This document shows positions 42,601-56,600 of a stretch of 64,000 bases of DNA, piece after piece. The position numbers and the translations under genes are program-made. Each line of letters opens with the position of its first letter. The stretch's first letter is position 1. This stretch comes from Lytechinus pictus (Eukaryota): assembly GCF_037042905.1 (NCBI RefSeq), contig NC_087252.1, forward strand, positions 1,490,001 through 1,554,000. Direction: 5' to 3'. Under the pieces are notes generated by a model. The model made no database searches, was not told the origin of the DNA, and saw only the letters and a program-made list of their open reading frames with translations.

Positions 42601-45600
42601 TTTGTCATTGAAAGTACATTTTGTTGTGTGCAATCGATCCTAAAAGTTGTTCTTTTTTTCAATTTCTAAGCCTTGTGTTACCAAGCATTGGGATCATTTC
42701 AAGAAACAGTGATTTACATTGATGCAATTTTTGCAATTGATCCTCAATATTAATTGTAAAACTTATTTTTGGGATTGATAGTGCATTGTGCTCTATAGAT
42801 GCAATCAATCCTAAAAATTGTTCTATGATCATTAAATTCTGGCAGTTACCCACTGCGTCAAAGGTATCGCAACAATCCCATCAACGCTTTTGCTTCCTCT
42901 TTTTGAACCTATCAGGAAGGATGTTCTCTACATCTCTCTCAGAGGTTCAGTCAATTAGCTCCAGGATCTCGCACCATCCCAATTCTGTCCAAGTCCTCGG
43001 CTCCTGGTCTCATCCTGGCTACGGGTAAGGTCGGCAAGACCCTTCTTGGAAACGAAACAATGGAATTTAACGTCTACCTCTCTGCAACGGCTGGGGCTTC
43101 GTGGTATGAGGTAAGATCATGGAAATCCAATACGATTGTTTCCCTAGGAATTGCTTGAAAGAAAATAGACACCTCATCATGTTAATAATAATAATGCACT
43201 GCCGTTCAGTTCCAGGCAGCAAATGATGTAAAGTATGTGTTAAGAAGAGCAGATAAAACCAAGAGAAATGAATGAACGGAAGTTTGCTATAAATGCACTG
43301 GATGATAGCAACATTATGAATTTTGTGACATCACATGTTATTGGTTTCCCCCATGTGCTGTGTATTATGAATTGAATAAATCTTTACTTGGCTTCTTATT
43401 TTTGTTTTGTGTTAATTGTATAAAGGTGTTGCGTGGCAATCATTTCTTTGCATTTGGAGACCATGGTGGTGTGGTTACTGCTGTAGAACAGAGAGGAGAT
43501 ACAAATGCTGTCAAGTAAGTTGATGTCATTTAATGATGTCAATTGATGTTATCAAATGCTGTCAGTTGATATTATCAAATGCTGTCATCTGATATTATAA
43601 ACACTGTCAAGTATAAATTTGATGTTATAAAATGCTGCCATGTAGGTTTGTGTTATTAATTTCCATTAAATAAGGTTATGTTCTAATTTGCTGTCAAGCA
43701 AGTTGATGTCATAAAATGTTGTGAAGTAATTAAATAATGCAAATGCTGTCAAGTATTTATAAAATGCCATCAAATAATGTTATGTTATAAAATGCTGTCA
43801 AGTAATCAATTAAGCAGTAAAGTAATCAATCAATAAATGATCCAATCAGTGAATAATATACTAGTTTTTCTAAGTGTAAGTTAATCAAGAGCCTGTTTCA
43901 TAAATATTTATTTCTTATTTTAGCTTTGCCACTATAGTAAGTACCTTGGGGATAATTAATTTCAGTTAGCTGATGTGCCTTATTACCATGGCAGTTACCA
44001 TAAATGTAAATCCTTTCATGAAATGTTCCCAAGAGCTTTTAAACAACATCCTCTCTGTCAATTTTCCCTTACAGATACAGCGTGAATGAAGGAGAGACCT
44101 GGCACTCTGAGGCTTTCTCAGAATCGAAGATCTATGTTTATGGATTGATGACTGAACCAGGAGAAAAGAGTCTAACCTTCACGGTCTTTGGATCCGAGAC
44201 TGAAACACACTCGTGGCTTATTGTACAAATCAACTTCAGAAATGTCTTCTGTAAGTGGAAAGTAAACCTAGTGATGTAGTCAGGGAAAAGTCAGGAAATT
44301 CAGAAAATTTGTGAAAAGTCATGGAATTGCATTTACCTCTTGGCTATGGCAGATTTCCAGTTTGTCATGTCTCACAACTCTCATACTCTGCTATTATAAT
44401 TGGTGTTCATGATTTCCATTTTTCCCAGTTTTGTGACATCCCAAATTCTACATAACTCCCGGGATGTCACAGGAAGCCATGGAAAGCAGCAATTTAGTCA
44501 TGGAAAAGTCATGGAATTCTTTTTTCAAATTTCTGTGGGGGTCCTGAACATGAAGCCAATAGTGAAGTTCTGCATGACCTGAGAAATTCCTTTTTAAAAA
44601 TTTAGAATATGTTGGAGTGCTAGATGTTGAATATGTGATGCAAACTTTCTGCCAAATTGTTTTGATGAAAACTTTACAAATTGCGACTGTATTAAAAAAA
44701 AAAACTCTTGTTTTAATCCAAAGAACATACTATGCCAGGATATTTTCAGAACAGAATATGTAAATCATGTCTTTACATCTTCTAATTTGAATTTCGGTCA
44801 TGTCAAGCAGATTTATTACTATTATCTGTTTGGCATCACCTGTGCCTGGGAGGCGAAAAGCAAACTGAATCACTATGACCCGCAGGTCTCTCTTCCTGAT
44901 ATAAGTGATAAGGAGGGATGCAGGTGGACCACTATACCGGGGTTTCCCCCTACTCTTAACATGCAAAGGTGGTGACTCTCTTCTACACGGGGCCTTTATT
45001 AAACTTCCTCTCAGAGGGACGGAATGTTTTCCAATGTAACATAGCCTGCATCTATGGAACAGGTTAGGGACATGTTTACACCAATGCAGGCCTCAATCAT
45101 CCACCCGGGACTTGAACCTGCGACCTTTTGTACGACAGGCAGACGCTTTACTGACTGAGCAAACTCGCTCCCTGTTGTACCAAGAGATATGACTTGTGTA
45201 GAGTCACCTGCAGATGCAGAGATGCCAACCGTTACGGAATATTAATCAGATAAGAAATTACAATGTGAATAACCAAACGGCTGAACCAAATGTTTTCTAA
45301 AGAGACAAAACATGTTAACAAAAGTTTTTTGCTCAGTCATTCAATCAGAATTCACATTAGAACACATCTCATTAATATTCCGTAAGGGTTGGCAATTCTG
45401 TATATAAATATGCACATGGTAGCTGTTCTATGCACCTTTGAGTGGATATATATTTTTATTATATTTCTAATCAGCTACCGTCTGTGGGGACGATGATTAC
45501 AAGCAATGGTGGCCAGGTGAAGAGTTCCCTGAACATAGCTGTCTGTTAGGTAGGAAGACCATCTATGAAAGGAGACGCGTTCATTCAGACTGCTTCAATG

Positions 45601-48600
45601 GACGGGACTACGACAGACCAATCTCTTCTGTCAACTGCTCCTGTGATAGAGATGATTTCGAGTGGTGAGTTAATGAGAAGGGGGATAGAATGTGTGTCGT
45701 TAAACCTAAATTAGAATTCTGGTATAGAAATCTGATTTTGATATGACATGACTGGAAGCAATCCGAAAGTGTTTATCATATGCCTGAATGCTTTAATATC
45801 TAGAACAACAAAGTTTGATCAAAATCAATTTTAATTTATTTGCTCATAAAAATCCATACAAAAACAGTCATACAAAGAATCATATTCACAAAGTAGAAAA
45901 TAATAACATCAATAAATACAACTAAACATTGGATTTAATACAATCCAATACATACAAATTAAATACAACTGAACATAGAATGATTCAGGTTTGCTGGAAA
46001 TTATATTCATTTCATTACCGCATGCTTTTTCTGGTCTAGCTAACAGAGGAAGCAACATGTGGGACTACACTTTAAATTGACAGGCATTTTTCAGTAATTT
46101 CCCTGATCTTCATTTGCTCGTTACTCTGTTATTATACATGTACATTGTTGATATTACTTTTTACTAACAATCTAGATTACATGTACATGTAGGCTTGATC
46201 TCTTGATAGCATTTTGAGCATGGGGGAGGAGAAGTACAAAACCAACAATGCATGTTTTCTTACCGACACAATTTATTTTATATGTCTTCTTCACCCAGGG
46301 TAGCCTGTTCAGTGATTGAGACACTGTTGTCAACCAGGGCCCTGCACAATACATATATACATAAAACAATCAAAAGAACACATTTTATACAGCACATTAT
46401 GAAGTCGACATTGTTATAATACAATTGAATGACAATAGAGGGAATGATTTGAGTAATTGAAAAAGAACCAGTATTGCAAATTAGCAGGAAATCAAGGAAA
46501 AATTTATAAGTATGCATTTTCATTATAGGTTACTTACGTTTTTATAATAATTCTAAACTTATATTAATTGAGTGAAAGTGAAAGAGGAATTTAATATCAA
46601 ACAAAAAACTTCATTAAAGGAACCTATGTGTAGGTTATTATCCCGGACAATTTGCTTGTTCTTAGAAAAGAAGATACGCATTCTACGTACACTAGAGAGT
46701 GGTTATAATTAATTATTACTTGTTGGACTTAGTCATATTATTCTAGTTACGTAACAATTATTTACATATACTTTACATAGAATATATCTTAATTAAACAT
46801 AATACATAACATAGGATAATATTTATATTGAAGATTCATTAGTGATTGTATATTTCATAATGATATAAAATTACATAGGATTGCTATTTTAAAAACTTCA
46901 ATGAGCACGAGTACACGCATTGGCCAGCTAACAACAGGGCGTAAGCAAGTAATTCTCGCTACCCCAAATAGGAACAAAAATCTCATAATGCGCGAGACGA
47001 GATAATTTTCACTCCGTCGGGTCGTCATCACCACTTCCGGTTCAGAGTCATGCTCGCGCGAGGTTCGCGACACTGAGTTTTCCACCACGTTGAAATCGAT
47101 GCCAATCAGCGTAATATGTACAGATTACAATACTTTTTATCTAATTTGGTCAGTTTTGATTCCATTTGAATTATGAATAAAAAATATATTTCATGTGAAA
47201 GAGAAGGTTGTGATCACGAACTTTCCGAGCGAAAGCCACGTTGTGTTGTTGTGCATGACGGCACTGTTGATCTGAATGGCAAAACAGTGCATTGGACTTC
47301 CGATCAGGAAATTGTAATACCGAAAAGCTATCCCATAATGCAATGCGCGTTACAGGCATTTTCCCGGATCTCGGCGAAATCGCTATTTGGGGTAGCGAGA
47401 ATTACAACCCCTTGTGAGTTTTTGCTAGCCTCCAGTATAAAGTGGTGAATGCTTCTTTAGTTGTTGCATTTTTAAGAGCTGAAGGAAGTCCGTACTTCTT
47501 CATGAGAGAAGCTTCTTTCCCTCATCTGTGTCTTGACCATTGATACCAGCAAAGCTTGTGAGGTGGCACGATAAACTCTGTCCTTGTCTCACGAAATAGA
47601 TACACTGCCCTTGGCACTGTAGACCTCAGTGTGGTATATTCATTTGGTCTTCTCGTACATCTTTCATTATTTGGCCCTATTGTCGTGTTTGGGATTGGTA
47701 AGATATAAAGGGGAGCTTAAAGGAACATAAATGATGAACTCTGAACAAAGTTATTTGCAGTTCAAAATCACAGGGTATTTAATAATCAATAATCAGCTGC
47801 ATTTCACAATTCGAAGTACATGAAGATATCAATGAAGATTCCGATAAAACAGGAGACGATAAATATAATAATTTTGATGTATAAGATTAAGATTCTGAAG
47901 CTGAAATAATATTGGATGGACGTCTAAGTCTTGAAGTCAGTCAGTTTATATGGATGAGTGTGGGTCTAGTATTATCTCGTTTCTCTAATAATCAAAAAGC
48001 CTTATTTATATCATTAGTTTTGGTGGTGTAACAATTTAAGGTGGGAGGGTTCTAAACTTGATCTGATTGGTCTACAGTTAACTGTCTATCAAACTTTCTC
48101 TGTTATAAGGGGTGTGGTGATGCTCTGTGCAAGTGACTGGGGCTGGAAGTGTGAGTCATACTTCTTCCTTGAGGTTAGCTGACGTCACTGGGGGTTGGTC
48201 ATAAATGGTCAAGGTTTAGGAGTTAAATGGTATTGGGGTTTGGGGAATCTTAGATGACATTGGGGGAGTTTGTTAACAAGTGAAGGTGAATGACTGAAAG
48301 GATAACAGGAAGTTAAATACATACTACATAACAATATTTGCACATGCTCACATGCATTAATTGGATAAATAAATATTATACTGAAGTCTAGTACTCAATT
48401 CTTGATTTGAACAGTGATTTTGGCTTCATGGAGAATGAGGGTAACAGCTATATCTGTGAGAAGGATCCAGAAGACGAGAGGGATCCTACTGTTCAACCGG
48501 ACCCCTGCCCTGAGGATACATTCTGGAGGAGGTCAAAGGGGTAAGAAATTCATTCATATTTAGTACTATTGACTGATTTGGGGGGTGATAATATATACAT

Positions 48601-51600
48601 GTATTGCCCAGTCGTATGAGGGACCCGGAGGATGATAGAGATTCTACCGTTCAACCAGACCCCTGCCCCGAGGATACATTCTGGAGGAGGTCAAAGGTGA
48701 AAGAAATTCATTCATATTTAGTACTATTGACTGATATTTAGTACTGTTGACTGATTGGGGGGGGGGGGGTAATATCTTATATTACCCAGTTGTATTGTTC
48801 ATTCAACATCACCACTACAAGTGAAAATTCAATTAAAAAACTTTTTTCACTTCTCTGGTCAAGTTTGCTTACATTGTATTACAGTTTGCACCCTATGGAA
48901 ATTTCAGCCTTAAAACAAAATAGTTTCCTAGCCCTGGCTCTTTGGGGCATTTTGGAGGCGAATTAGCCCCAAGTTCCATGTAATTTTTTTCCCTGCACCA
49001 CCACCACCACCAACACCTCTACTAATAATGAAAACGTCATTAAGTTCACTGTCATCAAAGCTTCTAATCTCTATGTATGTCTTTTTGTTGTAGATATCGT
49101 AAAGTGGAAGGGGATACTTGCAAAGGAGGTGATGAGAAATACTATGAGGCTGATCAAGTGTCATGTCCCGTTGCAGGTAACTCCCTGACTCTCTAATCAA
49201 CCTATAAGTTTATTGGTTGTACAGTCGACCTTTCCATGGCCTAACCCCTAATATGAATAGTGCAGAAGCTAATGCCAGTAATAATAGTTAGTAATAAAAA
49301 AGCATTTATTATCTGCCATATATCATTTTGTACATGTAGCCAAATATTTTTTATTTTTATTTTATTTTTTATTTTTTCTTTTGCTACTTGCTGCATCCAT
49401 ATATTACAATTATTTTAAGAATTTATTTATTTTGGGTGTGTGCGTTTTAACAAGCCTTCTCCTGGCTTTTTAGTACACTCCTGTTTTATTTATATTTCAA
49501 TGATATGTTTTAATTTTTATTGTCTCTTTGTTTGTACATGATCATGATATCAACTTGTATTTTTAATGAATTGGAAATGAATGCTGAATTGAATTGAATC
49601 GAAATAAGTGCACGTATTGTGGGTGTAAAAGAAATCTTACTTTTCTCTTTCCTTTCTGACATACAGAGAGCTCAGAATTTATGTTGTACATGTATTAGCT
49701 AAATCAGTGCACATACCGGTGTAAAAGAAATCTTACACTTTCTCTTTCCTTTATAACATATAGAGAGCGCAGAGTTTATTTTGTATGCCGAACGCACAGA
49801 GATTCACCGATACTTCCTCAGTGATGGCATCAATGAACGACTGCCGATAGACAACCTGAAACTAGCTACGGCCGTCGACTACGACGTCGACCATGATTGC
49901 TATTACTATGCAGAAGACACCTTCCATGAAATACATGTAAGTAAAGTTCTGCAAAATATATTCTTAAGATAAAACTTTGTTATCATGGTAACATGGCCTG
50001 CAGCCAATCATAATCAAGGTTACCAATGTAGTAATCAGGGATGTAGTCGAGGCCATATTTTGCTGACCTTGGCCTCTTCTCGTTCGCAGATCAAAGTGTA
50101 TAATCGAGGTTACCAATGTAGTTACTGGGGTTGGTCGAGGCCGGCCTTGAGGCCAGCCTTGAGGCCAGATGTTGCTGATGTTAGCCTCCGCCTCCGCCCG
50201 AGTCATATTGTACAATGTATATGGGAGAAGGTTATGTGTAGCCGCCTGGTGACTCGGGAAGTACTGGCCTTGACTACACCCCTGGCTAGTTCCGACAATG
50301 TCAAAGTTATTGTAGATGTAAGTTTTTATGTAACAGACCCCTGGGGAGCGTGTCATGAAAGGACTTGTCGGATATTTTATCCAACAAGCCCCGTTATATT
50401 TAATGGTTGCCATATGAACTGTGCATCTCATCCAATCAAAATCTAAGCAAGTTTTCAGATCTGACAACTTGTTAGAGGAAATGGTTGATATAACGCTCCC
50501 CAGATATCAATGCTCCCAAATCCCACCTTTGCAGAGATTCTGTCCTGGACTTTATGCAGACCAGGATCATAGCATTGTCATCTGATACGATGTTAACATG
50601 GCCCATCAGACAATCATAATCAAGGTTGCCATGGTAGGTACAACAATGGCAAAGTTACTGTAGCTCTAAGTCTTTATGAAACACACCTTGGCATCAATAT
50701 TCTTGAATTGGTATCCTTTGCAGAGATTCTGTCCTGGACTCATTGAAGACCAGGATCGAAGCATCGTCAGCGGCCATCTTGATATGGTTGAAGGTCTTGC
50801 CTTTGATTGGCTTGCTGATAATCTATACTGGGTGGACTCCGAATCTGATCACATCGAGGTCGCACGCTATGATGGCCGCTTCAGACGCGTCCTTCGTATA
50901 GATGCTACGCTAGATCAACCAAGAGCGATTGCTCTAGACCCCAAGAGAGGGTTAGTAATCATGTTTTGTTGATGTTGGTATCCCTCCCTGGTTGTGAGGT
51001 TTTATTGTGAAATGAACTATTACTAGGAAGGTTTATCATACACAGGTTGAAAGTTAAGGTATGCTGTGATGAGGTATTGGAATCAAATTAGAATTACAAA
51101 ACTATTTATTCTGGTAGTATGTACATCAGCTAGGGAGCTCTTGCAGTGCAATAGAATATATACAAATAATAATTGCATTATCTAAATATAATACTTTTAG
51201 TATAAATTAAAGAGAAAATTAACATTATGAAGATAGATTAACCAAATAGAAAGTTATTTGTAAAAATGAGATCAAATTCATACAAAAATAATTTGAAAGC
51301 ACAGAGTATATTTTTTCTTCAAAAATTTCCACATTTTTAATATAAGTACTTTAATTCCCTTTCAACCTGTCATAGATACATGTACTGGACTGACTGGGGA
51401 GAACATCCTTACATCGCCTCTGCTCACATGGACGGTGCAAATGTTACCATGTTGATCACTACAGGAGTCTACTGGCCGAACGGCTTGGCCATCGATGACC
51501 AATCCAGCCACATCTTCTGGACCGATGCCCACTTTGACCGCATCGAGTCGGCGTGGTTGGACGGCTCGCATCGTGTAGTCTTACGCGACCAAGACACCCC

Positions 51601-53316
51601 GCATCCTTTCTCCATCGGCGTTTACAAGGTCTTCACATGATTTTCTTATTCTTTACCATCCTGTACTTGAAGAGGTGTTGTTGCTCAGTGGATAAGTCTC
51701 TGGACTTTGAACCACAAGGTCTGGGGTTCGAATCCCACCATGGCATTTGCGTCCTTTGGGAAGGCATTTATCGACATTTGCCACTCTCCACCCAGGTGTA
51801 GTAAATTGGTACCTACGATAGAGTTGATATCTTTCATGAACCGATACCGCTCTGTGCTTCAAAGTAATAATAACATTACATTCAAACCTGTCTATGAAGC
51901 CATTGAAGTGGAACAGAAATAGGGGCTACTGTAGACAGGTGGCTTTTATAGACAGGTTCTATAACTCATTCCTTTTCAAGTTGGAGATGATTTTGGTGGC
52001 AAATATTGACAGGCTTTCACGATTGCCAGGTGGCTGATTTGACTGTAGTATCTTTATACAATGCCGATATGATACAGTAATGCTTTTATACAAAAACTCC
52101 TGGGCCCCGTCTTACAAAGAGTTACAATTGACCCAATCAATCTCAACTGTATGGAAATCCATCCATACCATAATTTTTTCTTGAGGAAATTTGCTCAATC
52201 TCCTTAGTAAACAAAGGTGATCACACAGAATCTTCAAGAGGACGATGAATGTATGCATTTACATCATATCTAGAAAATATTTTGAACAAATACATGTATA
52301 CATTTTAGATATTGACGTTGCTGGCCGTCCATAGTTGTGTTTGATCGGATCAATCGCAACTCTTTGTAAGACGGGCCCCTGATATGATTATAAATTTTGG
52401 TTCAAAATTGAAATTCTGTCGTTTTATTGAATATTGCAAACAACCTTAAAGTTTGTTGTCATGGTTTCCATTTAGAACAAGATATACTGGGATGACTGGT
52501 CACAGTTGAGTATCCAGTCGGCCAATAAGTATAATGGAGGTGATGTCCAGACGGTGGTACGTAACATGAGCAGTGCTATGGATCTTAAAATCTTCCACAA
52601 TGCATCGCAACAGGGTAAGTCAAATTTAGAAGAAAACAAGTTTTAAAAGGGGGGGGGGGTAGCGAACACTGTATGTGGTCTCTCATTGAATGTGAGGTAT
52701 AAATAGCTAGTCTTAAAAATATATTACCTTTTCAGATATACTAATACTGAATAGAATGATAGATGAATAGAGAATAAATTGGCATATAATTTTATTTGTA
52801 TATCAAAACTAAAATGTTTCCCCCCATGTAAGACATATTTATCATGTAGATCATGTACATGTAGGAACGGGATCATTCTAGATGATTTTGAGAATTTTTA
52901 TCAGGCATGTATGACATCCCTGGTAAGTGTTATTTCAGTTAAAACTTCTATAGTTGTGAAACTCCACCCTGTATCTCATCTTTGGTTTGTGTAGGTGTGA
53001 ACCCGTGTTCTTCACACAACGGAGGCTGCACCCATCTATGTATCGTGAAACCGGATCCGATAGACCCTGATGCAGTGACGAGGGTGTGTCTGTGTCCAGA
53101 TAACATGAAGGTTGTTATTACACCTGACGGGAGAGAGGAATGCCAGTGTGAGGCGGGGGAGAAATTGAATGTTACCTCGGGATATTGTGTTACCCAGGGT
53201 AAGTAGTGGTGGTGGTGGTGATGATGATGATGATGGTGACGATGATGATGATGGTGGTGATGATGATGTTGATTTTGATGATGATGATGATGATGGTGGT
53301 GATGATGATGGTGAAG

Positions 53317-53366
<50 letters not shown>

Positions 53367-53533
53367 GGTGGTGGTGATGATGATGATGATGGTGATGGTG
53401 ATGGTGATGATGATGATGATAATGATGGTGATGATGATGATGGTGGTGGTGATGATGATGATGATGGTGATGGTGATGGTGATGGTGATGATGATGATGA
53501 TAATGATGGTGATGATGATGATGATGGTGGTGG

Positions 53534-53564
<31 letters not shown>

Positions 53565-53620
53565 GATGGTGGTGGTGATGATGATGATTATGATGGTGGT
53601 GGTGGTGATGATGATGATGG

Positions 53621-53684
<64 letters not shown>

Positions 53685-56600
53685 GATGATGGTGGTGGTG
53701 ATGATGATGATGGTGGTGATGATGATGATGGTGGTGGTGATGATGATGATTATGATGGAGATGGTGGTCGAGGTGGTTGGAATGGAAGTTAAGGTGGTGA
53801 TAGTTGTTGTGGTTATAGTGATGGTGATGGTGGTTATAATGATGGTGATGGTGGTGGTGGTGATGATAGTGATGGTGGTGATGGTGGTGATGTTGCCAAT
53901 GGTGGTGGTGGTAGTGGTGATGATGATGATGATGATGGAGATGATGATGATGACGATGGTGATTATGATGATGTTGATGACAATGGTGATTTTGATGATG
54001 ATGATGATAATGATATAATTCTGGTTATGATGATGGTGTTAGTTTTTATATTAACTCTTTCCATGCTCAATTAATTCTGAAGGCAATAATGACTATTCTG
54101 ATATTTTCTTACATACAATATACAGTGAACTTTGAATTAAAAAAACAACCAAAATTTCTCTTACAGGAGTTACTTGTGAGCCCGACCAGTTCCAGTGCTC
54201 TAACTCTGACCGATGTATCCCCATCATGTGGAAATGTGATCGTGAAAGTGACTGTACAGATAATTCAGATGAACTCAATTGTCGTAAGTATTGTTTGTGT
54301 CCTATCAGACATTGTCCGGCCTGCTGCAGGTCAGTACCTATCACAGTGAGCATCTTGTCATTATGTAGTCATTTTGTAATCCCGTTTGAAAAATAGCCAT
54401 AAAACAGCAAAACCAAGTTAGTTGCCATCCATGCTTCGACCTCAGGGTTAGGGTTGCATTCAGGATTTGTTTTAGCTTTAGGGTCAAGGTTAGGAAAGGG
54501 TGTAGTGTTAAATCCAGGGTTGAAGTTTGTCATTCTATTAAAGGTCAAGTCCACCCCAGAAAAATGTTGATTTGAATAAATACAGAAAACTCAAACTAGC
54601 ATAACGCTGAAAATTTCATCAAAATCTAATGTAAAATAAGAAAGTTATGACAGTTTAAAGTATCACCTATTTTTCACAAAACAGTGATATGCACAATTCA
54701 GTGACATGCAAATGAGACGGTCAACGATGTTTTTTGTTTTTGTTTTTTGTTTTTTATTGTTTGAATTATACAATATTTCATTCTCTATATATTTGACAAT
54801 AAGGACCAACTTGACTGAACCATATACATGTAGTATTAAACAATGCTAATTCCACATGTTCAGGGAGGAATTAATTGTTGTTTTACTTGACAATGAGGAG
54901 AAAATTAGAATATTTCATATTTCATATAATAAAATACAAAAGAAATGGTGAGTGGACGACATCATCACTCTCCTCATTTGCACACCGACCAGGATGTGCA
55001 TGTAACTGTTTTGTGAAATTAAGCAAAACTTTAAAATGTCATAACTTTCTTATTTGATATATGATTTTGAGGAAAATTTCAGTGCTTGTTGGATTTTTCT
55101 CTTTTTATTCAAATGAAAATTTTAGTTGGGATGGACCTGTCCTTTAATGTGTGGAATTCATAGCGGAGCAATTGTCGGCAGATTAAATGTCATGGGACCT
55201 CCTAGTTACTCTTAATCTTCATACTAATCTTTTGTTTCCATCATGCAGCCTACTACACGTGTAAGGCAGGAGAGGAGTTTACCTGTAAGACTGGCTCTAG
55301 ATGTATCCCTAACAATTGGATTTGCGATCACTATGACGACTGTGGCGATGGTTCTGATGAAGAAGACTGCGGTACGTCTCCTGTTAAAAACTTATTTATA
55401 CAAAGGAAAAAATTATATTGGGGCTTTTGGGGGATTTCTCACCTGAAATGCTCATAAGAGTCCGAAAAAAAATAGAAAATCCAGATTCAGTGCAATGCTC
55501 AAGCTTATCAATGTTGGCAGATTTATGCAGTAAGTTGCGAAAAAGTAGCTCCCGAAAATGAAAAATTGATTTTTTTTTGGCCTGATATATACCAGGTTGT
55601 CTATCATTGAGAAAAATATACTTCATCTTAATATAGAGATGTTCCGGGCCGAAAATATTTATATCTAAATAAATACAATAAAATTCGCAGAGTAAAATGC
55701 TGAAAATTCCATCAAAATCTGATCACAAATAACAAATTTATTTAATTTTAAAGTTTATTAATATTTTGTGAAAATAGTTATATCCATGTGTCTCCATTAT
55801 GATGAAATAAGTTGTGGCAATAAATAAGTAATGCACATAATCGGTTGTCAATCCACTTGTTTTAGTTCTTGGTAGAAAATTTTTGAATAAACCTTATTTT
55901 GTATGATAAAATACAAAAGAACAAGTGGGGATATGACATCATCAGCCCATCTAATGAATATTCATAAAGACATGCCTAGAAATGTTTCACCGGAATAATG
56001 CAAATGATCGTGAATTGACCAATTCATACCAATATTCATAAAAGGGATATAATTATTAATATTAATATTTTGAATTTTCTGTCTTCTGTATTTAGAATGG
56101 GGTACATGTGATCCAGACCAGTTCCAATGTGATAACCAGAGGTGTATTCCTGAGAGCTATGTTTGTGATTTGGACAATGATTGCTGGGATAACTCAGATG
56201 AAAGGGGCTGTGAAATAACAAGTTAGTTACTTTGTTCTTAATGAAATATTGAATGGTGGTGATGATGATGATTATGATGATGGTGATGATGATGGTGATG
56301 ATGATTTGATGCTGATGATGATGGTAACACTACAAAATTTTGATAATTTTGATGATATGTGAATGTAGCTTGTTTTCATGATATTGGTGAAAGATACAAT
56401 ATGCATGCACGTATCCTTCACACTACGACATGCCTAATTAGATGTATCCTCATATTCGCCCAATGTGAACATGCCATGCGTAGCGATGAATAATTTCTAT
56501 TCAATCTTCTGCTGTGTTCACACTTGTAGATATACCAACGACGCGACCAGCTGGATGCAATGACAATTACACCCAGTGTGAACCTGACGGTCGCTGCATA

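Noticed and set aside
49964..50467. Overlapping 153- and 167-aa ORFs on opposite strands
   Set aside because: They span MITE fragments in intron 15 and show no recognisable domain.
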